DNA of 63,808 nucleotides, the filler included, from Conidiobolus incongruus B7586 (lineage: Eukaryota), in assembly GCA_000697335.1 (NCBI GenBank). It is 40 parts of 40 records of this genome, joined end to end, with 100 filler letters (N's around TTAATTAATTAA, not from the genome) between each part and the next. Parts side by side here need not be neighbours in the genome. Positions count along the whole stretch, not along the records: positions 53,077 to 54,412 come from JNEM01001540.1; positions 54,513 to 56,426 come from JNEM01001541.1; positions 56,527 to 57,735 come from JNEM01001542.1; positions 57,836 to 59,209 come from JNEM01001543.1; positions 59,310 to 60,923 come from JNEM01001544.1; positions 61,024 to 62,313 come from JNEM01001545.1; positions 62,414 to 63,808 come from JNEM01001546.1; 33 more parts are not named here. One strand, written 5' to 3'. The position numbers and the translations under genes were made by a program. Within the stretch, counting starts at the first letter, position 1. The number at the start of each line of letters is the position of its first letter. The notes below the pieces were generated by a model, which did no database searches, was not told the DNA's origin, and saw nothing but the letters and a program-made list of their open reading frames with translations. This document shows, piece by piece, positions 54,359-63,808 of this stretch.

Positions 54359-56526
54359 TAATTATAATTATTTTTACTTTATAATCAATATTTAAATTTT
54401 TTTCTTTTAATANNNNNNNNNNNNNNNNNNNNNNNNNNNNNNNNNNNNNNNNNNNNTTAATTAATTAANNNNNNNNNNNNNNNNNNNNNNNNNNNNNNNN
54501 NNNNNNNNNNNNTAATAATTTGATATAATTTTTACTAAACAAAAATCGTATAATTTTCAAAATAATCATATATTATAAACTTAATAAATATTTCAACAAG
54601 TCAAAATAACTAAATATTAAAAATATTATTACGATATTTTTAATATTTCCTAGTTTTCCTTTAGTAGCTTTTGTATTTAGTGAACTAATTTAATTTATAT
54701 TCAAAATGATTATACTTAATAGATATAATTCAATTTTGTAATTAACTTAGTATTTTTTATTAAAATTGAATTTATTAATAGAAATATCTTTTTACTTTTA
54801 TTTAATTAAGGTTTAGATTGAAATTTAATTAGTATTAATGATCAATCAACAAAATAAAGAAATTTCAAAAATAGATCTAATGCTAGGTTTTATTTCAAGC
54901 TTATAATAAAATAATTTTGCTTTATTTTAATGATTTGTTATATTTGGTTATTTAATATATATCATATATTTTGGTATAGTTCTAATATTTTCAAATTTAT
55001 TAATAATATCATTATTTTTCATTTTTTAATTAGTATTTAATTCTTTTGAATATTAAAAAAATAATATATATTATACTTAAAATATTATTTGATAAATTGT
55101 ATATTATTTGAATTATATATTATATTATTAAAAAATCATAAATTAACAATAATATTAATTTTTTGAAATGTTTTATTTGATTTTTGAATAAATTATATAA
55201 TTATTGATTAATTAAAAATGAAATTAATAATGAATATATTTTTTCAATAAGTTTAAAATTTTTTATCATTTTATTTTTAAACCAAAATTTAAAATTAATA
55301 ATACAGAATAAAAGGATTACAATGATAAATAGATATAATATATTATATAAATAATTTAAGATATTAATTTTTATATCGAATTAATCAGAATTATTAATTT
55401 ATATAACTGATTTTACTGTAAATAATAAGTTTCATTAAATATAATTATTGTATTAAAATAAAATACAAAAATTTCAATATAAATTAAATATAAATTTTAT
55501 AAAATATAATATTAATATTATATATATTTTCATAAGGTTTTGGCCTTACTTTTTACACAGATCAATTATTTAAAAAAGTTTTTTTTATTTAAGAATGATG
55601 TTTTATATAATAATTAATTAAATTTTCTAAAAATGATTTTTTGTATGAGGAATAGTGATTTATTTTCTTAATTTTTACATAGGTTTTAATCTATCAATTT
55701 CATTTCAAATTATATTATTTTAAAGTTAATTTTTATTATATTTTTTAAATTTAATTGATTAACATTATTATAAAATATAAGTTATTAAATATATATTATT
55801 ACAACCTATCAAAATATTTCAAATTTTTATTATTAATTTGCTTATTCAATGGCATTTACAAAATGGTTTAATTTGGCTTGATCCAATATCTTGTGTAATT
55901 ATTTAATTATACATTATATCAAAATAAATAAAATTTATTCAATTTAATTATTTATTATCACAGCATAAGTTTTCATTTTATTTTATTTTAATTTAGTCAA
56001 TTATTTCAATTTTTTTTTAATCAAATTCCCAGATATTAATTTTATAATATAATTTATTAATATAATTTTAAACTTTGTTATTTATAATACTTATGAGACT
56101 TATATTATATATTTTAATTATTCTCTTTGTTAAAATTAATTGTTACTTGACAATATATTTTTTTACTTATTATTTATAGATTCAATATTAAAACTCTTTT
56201 TTTATAGTTTAATAAGTTTTAGATTGCTTTTCTCCTAGCTTAAAATAATATAATTAGTGATATATAATTTGTTTAAAGAGTTTTATATTATTATTAATTA
56301 CTTATAAATTTTAAAAAATTTTACAAGGTTTGAGATTAAATTAAATTATTATGAAAATACAAAACTTTTAATGATTATTAATGTTTTTAATTAAAGAGAA
56401 TTAAATATATAAATATAATTAATTAANNNNNNNNNNNNNNNNNNNNNNNNNNNNNNNNNNNNNNNNNNNNTTAATTAATTAANNNNNNNNNNNNNNNNNN
56501 NNNNNNNNNNNNNNNNNNNNNNNNNN

Positions 56527-57735
56527 TATTAAATTATATAATTAATATATATTTTTTATTTATAATATAATATATAAAGTTAAATTTAATTAATTACTAA
56601 TTGATATATTAAAATTAAAAGTATACTTAAAATAAGTTATAAATTTGTTAGTTTTAGTATTAATAGAAAAATTAATATCTAATATATCTATTTTTTGCTT
56701 TTTTAACTTCTTTAAGTTTATAAAGCATAGAGTTAACTAACTTTTTATATTAAGCAAGATTAATATTATTCCAAGCTTCTTGAATATACTTTTAAAGTTG
56801 ATTTAAATTTTTTGCTGGGGGGAAAACTTTAATTGATTTTTTTAGTTGATCCCAAAGATATTTAATTAGGTTAAGATTAAGAGATTGAAGAGGCTATTTC
56901 ATAATAGTTATTTTGTTATTTTTAAGCCATTTAATAGTATAATTTATAATATAACAAGGTGTATTATCTTGTTGGAAAATAATATTTGATTTTTTTAATC
57001 TATATTACACAATAGTTTTTTTCAATTTTTTGTTTAAAATATTTTAATTTATTTCAATATTAATTCCCCTATTAATCTTACAAAGATACCTTATACCTAA
57101 AGATAATATATATTCTTAAATTATAATTAACCTATCATTATATTTTTGGTTTATAATAATATAATAGTTATAAAGTGGTTTTTTATCTTTTTTGAAATAT
57201 CTAGCTTTTTTATTAAATTTATTAAAATATATCTTTATTTTATTAAACTAAATAATTTTACTCTAGTTAGTTTTAGTTTATTTTTAATATAGGTATTTAA
57301 ACACTTACCTAGTTTTACAATGAGACTTTTTTAATTAGGGGTGTTTTTTCTTAAGATATAAGCAATATCTATTTTAACACAAAACATATATAATAGTATT
57401 AGTACTAACTAATATTCCTATATAGTCTTATAATTCTTGTTATATTTCTATAATAATATTACACTTACCTGTATTAACTAATCTATAAATATACTTTTCA
57501 TCATATTTATCTATAATTTTAATACACTTAAGTTTTAATTTAAGTGTTTTTTTAGCATTATCTTTAATAACCCTAGTTATAATAAATTAGCTAATATTAG
57601 TAATTCTAATAATTTCACAAATTGATTTATTTTCATTATAATGTTAATTAATATATAAGTGAACTTTTTTAAATGGAGATTTAAGCATTATAATATTAAT
57701 TTTAAAATATTAGCTTAATAGTTTTATAATATATA
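56527..57735 (-). mobile_element. Tc1-like transposon, subfamily B, dead
   Basis: FQQDNTPCY, LWDQLKK and EAWNNI retained; ATG near 57688. Confidence 0.94.
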
Positions 57736-57835
57736 NNNNNNNNNNNNNNNNNNNNNNNNNNNNNNNNNNNNNNNNNNNNTTAATTAATTAANNNNNNNNN
57801 NNNNNNNNNNNNNNNNNNNNNNNNNNNNNNNNNNN

Positions 57836-58860
57836 AACTTATGATAATAAAATATTATTTAAATTAATAATTAATTACCAGGAAAATTATTTTAAGGCTA
57901 AGAAAAAAACTATCCAAAACTTATTAAATTCTAGAAAACTAATTTTAACTTTTATTTTTTTAATTATTAATATTAAAAAAATATATTAAAAAGGATCTTT
58001 TTATTTTAGCTAGAGAACTATCAAAGGGCTTTAATTTTAGTCATATAAGTATTTTATATATATTAAAATTTAAATTAAAATTCATTAATAAAAATATAAA
58101 ATAAGTACCTTATAATTTAATTAAAACTCAAAAAAACTAGGGTAGTTATTAATAAATAAAACTTACTAAGGTATAGCTAGACCCTAAAGCTTTTATAATA
58201 AATTATTATAATTGATAAATCTTAAATCCTTTTGTATAATCCTTTATCAAAACATAAATCAAGATTTTAGATTAAGCTAAATCAATCTCTTTTATAAATT
58301 CCTATAAATAAAAATTACATTGATAAGCAAATATTAATTATTAAGATAAATTATAATGGTATTTGCTATTTTTATTTTATTTCTAAAGGAAAATCAACTA
58401 ATAATAAACTTTATATTTTTTTTAAATAAAATTATTTTTAATTGGTATTTTGAATATATATTAAGAAGAGCTATTATTTTGCATAAATATTATAAAATAT
58501 ATAAAATTAAAACTATAATAAACTTTCTAATCGAAAATAATTAGAAAAAACTATTATATCTAGTATATTCCTTAGATTATAACCTATATAATTATAATTA
58601 CTTTGAGTAATTAAAAAACCAGCTTATAAAACAGAAACTTTTATAAAAAAATTTAATTAATTTATAAAATATCAAATTTCAGTCTTTAATAATAAAATTT
58701 TTTTTCAAATAATAAAATTTAATTAAAAATATGGTAAAAAGTTATTAAAATAAAAGAAATTATTAATCTTATACTATATACCTATTTTTATATATTATTT
58801 ATTTAATTATTTATTTTTTTAATCATTAAAAATTCCCATTATTTAAATTACCAAATAATA
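57836..58860 (+). mobile_element. mariner transposon, dead, 5' end cut by contig edge
   Basis: Colinear with the family; stop ~58764; TIR AATTCCCATTATTTAAATTACCAAATAA. Confidence 0.9.
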
Positions 58861-59646
58861 ATATAATAGCTATAATTTAAAACAAAAATAATTATAAAAA
58901 TAATATGACAAGATTATACAAATATAAACAAATAAATGAATATAAATATATTAGATTTTATTTAATATAATATTCAAATTCATATTAATAGATATAATTT
59001 TAATTTTAAAAGAATATAAGTATGAATATCAAAATTAATATAAATTATAATAAAAAAAGATCCATATCTAATAATTATATCAAAATATTTAAATATTTAA
59101 ATTAATTTTAAAATTATATATTATTTTATTATTTTATTATATTAAAATAAATATAATTATATAAAACTATATATAAAATTTCAAAAAATTAATTTTTTAA
59201 TCAAATTAANNNNNNNNNNNNNNNNNNNNNNNNNNNNNNNNNNNNNNNNNNNNTTAATTAATTAANNNNNNNNNNNNNNNNNNNNNNNNNNNNNNNNNNN
59301 NNNNNNNNNAAAATTAATATATATTATAATAATTATAATAATAAAACCAATATAATATAAATAAAATAAAAAATAATTTTGTTAATAATATAATAATATA
59401 ATATACAGATATAAACAAAATTAAATTAATATTTAGTAAATAATAAAATATTAATATATTTGATTTTATATTAAAAAATAACAATAAAATATAATATTGA
59501 CAAAATATAACTTCAATTATAAAAACAATAAAAAAAACAATAATTAAAAAAAAATAATAATATATTAGATAATTTAATGATATTTATATAATTAATTTAA
59601 TTTTAAAAATATATATAAGATTTTAAAAAATTAGTTCTTTAATATA

Positions 59647-60923
59647 TACTAGCTTATAAAAGTGACTCATAAGATTAAAAATATAAATATTTCTATTAAT
59701 ATTTTAATCAATTTTAATTTAAATAAACTTATATTAAACTATGTAATTAATATATGTTTTTTATTTATAATATAATATAAAAAGTTAAATTTAATTAATT
59801 ATTAATTGATATATTAAAACTAAAAATATATTTAAGATAAGTTATAAATTTACAGGTTTTAATATTAATAGAAAAATTAATATTTAATATATCTACCTTT
59901 TGCTTTTCTAACTTATTTAAGTTTATAGGGCATAAAGTCAACTAACTTTTTATATTAAATAACATTAATATTATTCTAAGCTTCTTAAATATATTTTTAA
60001 AGTTAATATAACTCTTTTGTTAGGAGGAAAGCTTTAATTAATATTTTTAATTGATTTTAAAGATATTTAATAAAATTGAAATTAAAATATTAAAGAAACC
60101 ATTTTATAATAATTATTGTGTTATTTTTTCAGCCATTTAATAATAGAATTTATAATATAACAAGGGATATTATCTTGTTGGAAAATAATATTTAATGTAT
60201 TTAACCTATATCACTTAATAGTTTTTTTTAATATATTATTTAAAATACTTTAATATACCTTAATATTAATTGCCTTATTAATCCTATAAAGATATCTTAT
60301 ACCTACAGATAATATTTATCCTTAAATTATAATTAACCTATTATTGTATTTTAGGATATAATAACATATTAATTATAAAATAATTTTTTATCTTTTTTAA
60401 AATATCTAAGTTTTTGATTAAATTTATTCAGATATATTTTTGTTTTATTAAAGCAAATAACCTTACTCTAGTTAATTTTAATTTAACTTTAATATTAACA
60501 TTTAAACTCCAATCTAATTTTATAATAAAACTTCTTTAGTTAGAGGTATTTTTTTCTTGAGAGATAAACAATATCTATTCTAATATAAAGTATATATAAT
60601 AATTTTAATACTAACTAATATCCTTATATAGTTTTATAATTCTTATTATATTTTTATTCTAATATCATACTTAGCTATACTAACTAATCTATAAATATAT
60701 TTTTTATCATATTCATTTATAATTTTAATGCACTTGAATTTTAGTTTATGTGTTTCTTTAATATTATTCATAATAACCCTAGCTATAATAAATTAATTAA
60801 TACTAGTAATTTTAGCAATATCATAAGTTAATTTATTTTTATTATGAAGTTGATTAATATATAAATGAGCTTTTTTAGAGAGAGATTTAAGTATTATAAT
60901 ATTAATCTTAAAATATTAGCTTA
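59647..60923 (-). mobile_element. Tc1-like transposon, subfamily B, dead
   Basis: Terminus TACTAGCTTATAAAAGTGACTCATAAG; FQQDNIPCY and KWLKK retained. Confidence 0.92.
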
Positions 60924-61106
60924 NNNNNNNNNNNNNNNNNNNNNNNNNNNNNNNNNNNNNNNNNNNNTTAATTAATTAANNNNNNNNNNNNNNNNNNNNN
61001 NNNNNNNNNNNNNNNNNNNNNNNAATATTGATTTTAAAATTATTAATTTCTATAAAATGAATATTTTATAATATATATTTTAATTTTTCCAAAAAATTCT
61101 ATAATA

Positions 61107-62313
61107 TTGCTTTATAATTTAAATAATAGGGAATTTTTTGCAATTGAAAAAAATAAACATTATAATATATAAAAAGTCAAAATAAATTTATAATATAAAA
61201 TTAATAATTTCTTTTATTTCTAATAACTTTTTGCTATATTTTTAGTAAAGATTTAATATCTAAAAAATATTTCTTTTTATTAAAAACTAAAATTTCATAT
61301 TTCACAAACCAAATAAATTTTTCTGTAAAAATTTTCTTTCTTGTAAGTTGGTTTTTTAATTATCTAAAATAATTATAATCACATGGGTTATAATCTAAGG
61401 AATATACTCAACATAATAGTTCTTTCCAGTTATTTTTAATTAGAAAGGTTTTTATAACTTTAAGTTTATATATTTTATAATTATTATATAAAATAATAGG
61501 TCTTCTCAAATTATAACAAGAACACTAATTAGAAGTAATTTTATTTAAAAAAGAAATATAAAGTTTATTATTAATTGATTTTCTTTTAAGAACTAAATAA
61601 GAAAAGTATATTCTATTATAATCTATTATAATAATTAATATTCATTTATCAATAAAATAATTATTTAAAAAAATTTATAAAAAGGGTTAATCTAACTTAA
61701 TTTAATATCTTGATTTATGCTTTAGCAAAAAATTATACAAAAGAATCTAAGATTCAATTCATTATTATAATTTATTATAAAAGCCTTGGTTTCTAGTTAT
61801 ACTTTAGTAAGTTTTGTTTAACAATAGTTACTCTAGCTTTTTTTAAGCTTTAGTTAAATTATAAAATACCTATTTTATACATTTATTAATTAATTTTAAT
61901 TTAAACTTTAATATATATAAAATACTTATGTAACTAATATTTAAATATCTTGATATTTCTTTAGCTGAAATAAAAAGATGAATTTCAATATAATTTTTCA
62001 TTTTATTAATGATTAGAAAAGTAACAATTGAAATTAATCTTCTAGATTTTAACAAGTTTTGGGTAGTTTTTCCCTTAACTTTAAAGTAATTTACCAAGCA
62101 ATAAATTATTAAGTAATGTTTTATTACCAAAAGCTGCTTGTAAATTTTAAGTGATTTTATAGGGTTTGTGGTTAAGTTTTATTAATAATAAAATAAAAGA
62201 CTTTTGATAGTTACTATTTGGTTTAAATATTATTAAATTAAACCACTAATTTTAAAAAATCAATTTTTTAATTAAATAAATTTTTATCATTATTATTATA
62301 TATATAAATAGAT
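61107..62313 (-). mobile_element. mariner transposon, dead; transposase remnant ~61201-62217
   Basis: TIR TTGCTTTATAATTTAAATAATAGGGAATT; DYNPCDY retained; ORF 61870-62130 is its N-terminal HTH region. Confidence 0.93.
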
Positions 62314-62413
62314 NNNNNNNNNNNNNNNNNNNNNNNNNNNNNNNNNNNNNNNNNNNNTTAATTAATTAANNNNNNNNNNNNNNNNNNNNNNNNNNNNNNN
62401 NNNNNNNNNNNNN

Positions 62414-63808
62414 ATATTAAACTATATAATTAATATATATTTTTTATTTATAATATAATATATAAAGTGAAATTTAATTAATTATTAATTATTTATTAAA
62501 ACTAAAAATATATTTATAATGAGTCATAAATTTATAAATTTTAATATTTATAGAAAAATTAATATTTAATATATGTATCTTTTGTTTTTTTAACTTCTTT
62601 AAGTTTATGGGGTATAAAGTCAATTAGTTTCTTATATTAAATAAGACTAATATTATTCTAAGCTTTTTGAATATACTTTTAGTGTTGATTTAAATTTTTT
62701 GTTAAGGGGAAAGTTTTAATTAATTTTTTTATTTGATCCTAAAGATATTTAATTAGGTTAAGATTAAAAAATTAAGGAGGCTATTTTATAATAGTTACTT
62801 TGTTATTATTAAGCCATTTAATAATAGAATTTATAAATATAACAAAGGTTATTATCTTGTTGGAAAATAATATTTGATTTATTTAACTTATATAACTCAA
62901 TAGTTTTTTTCAATTTATTGTTTAAAATATATTGATATATTTTAGTATTGATTCCTTTATCAACCCTATAAAAATACCTTATATTTACAGATAACATATA
63001 TTCTTAAATTATAATTAATCTATCATTATATTTTTGGGTTGTAATAATATAATGGTTATAAAATAGTTCTTTATCTTTTTTGAAATATATAGCTTTTTTA
63101 TTAAATTTATTAAGATATATCTTTATTTTATTAAACTAAATAACTTTACTCTAGTTAATTTTAATTTAACTTTAGTATTGATATTTAAATTCCCATTTAA
63201 TTTTATGCTAAAACTTTTTTAATTAGGGGTGTTTTTTCTTAAGATATGAGTAATATCTATTCTAATATAAAACATATATAATAGTATTAGTATTAATTAA
63301 TATTCTTATATAGTTTTGTAATTCTTATTATATTTCTATAGTAGTATTATATTTACTTATATTAATTAATCTATAAATATACTTCTCATTATATTTATCT
63401 TTAATTTTAAGATGCTTAAGTTTTAATTTAGGTGTTTTTTAGTATTGTTTTTAATAACCTTAGTTATAATAGATTAGCTAACATTAATAATTTTATTAAT
63501 TTTATTAGTTAATTTATTTTTATTATAAAGTTGATTAATATGTAAATGAACTTTTTAAAGAGAGATTTAAATATTATAATATTAATTTTAAAATATTATC
63601 TTAAAAGTTTTATAATATATATAATATAACAAAAGGAAAAAAAAATATAAATAGGTTTTGTTATTTATATCCCCTTAATTTATAAACCCATAAATTTATA
63701 ACTTACCTTAGTTAAATTTTAGGTATTTATATATTAACCAATATCTAATAAAATATAATCAAATATAATTAGTTATAATCAACTAATATAGGTAAACTAT
63801 ATATTTTA
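62414..63808 (-). mobile_element. Tc1-like transposon, subfamily B, dead
   Basis: Inner repeat TGAGTCATAAATTT at ~62520; colinear with the family to the window end. Confidence 0.93.

Noticed and set aside
54600..55060. Hydrophobic-looking translation suggesting a membrane-protein or chemoreceptor pseudogene
   Set aside because: AT-rich DNA translates to F/I/L/Y by default; frequent stops and no diagnostic motif.
46104..62130. ORFs at 46104, 47658, 53391, 58356 and 61870 (and 33054) as genes
   Set aside because: All are stop-free fragments, some frameshifted, of dead Tc1 or mariner transposases.
1..63808. Prokaryotic IS630 elements, defence island or organelle genome
   Set aside because: No operons, rRNA or organellar genes; Tc1/mariner motifs and LTR elements with PBS and PPT indicate eukaryotic nuclear repeats.

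Overview
This is not contiguous chromosome. It is a bin of 40 short (about 1.2-2.2 kb), extremely AT-rich, most likely eukaryotic contigs joined by 39 artificial 100-nt linkers (N44-TTAATTAATTAA-N44). I recognise no intact protein-coding gene. Most contigs carry one dead transposon. There are 19 near-complete copies plus fragments of a ~1.57 kb Tc1-like DD34E family (three subfamilies, ~210 bp IR/DR-type ends, TA target site), and 7 near-complete copies plus 2 remnants of a ~1.3 kb mariner DD34D family. Also present are a complete 961-bp TRIM-like LTR element with a 4-bp TSD whose empty site lies in another contig, two 458-bp solo LTRs, a decayed Ty3/gypsy RT region and a tRNA-Thr(AGT) pseudogene. 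The main signal is how the repeats decayed: dense C>T/G>A transitions on both strands (CpG almost erased, CpA/TpG heavily hit) with few transversions or indels, while apparently single-copy contigs keep CpG. This resembles repeat-induced point mutation (RIP) or dense repeat-targeted cytosine deamination. Weak clues suggest an AT-rich animal, possibly nematode, host, where such a system would be unexpected. Host identity cannot be established from this window. All alignments and counts were done by eye, and ends are approximate to a few bases unless a TSD is cited.
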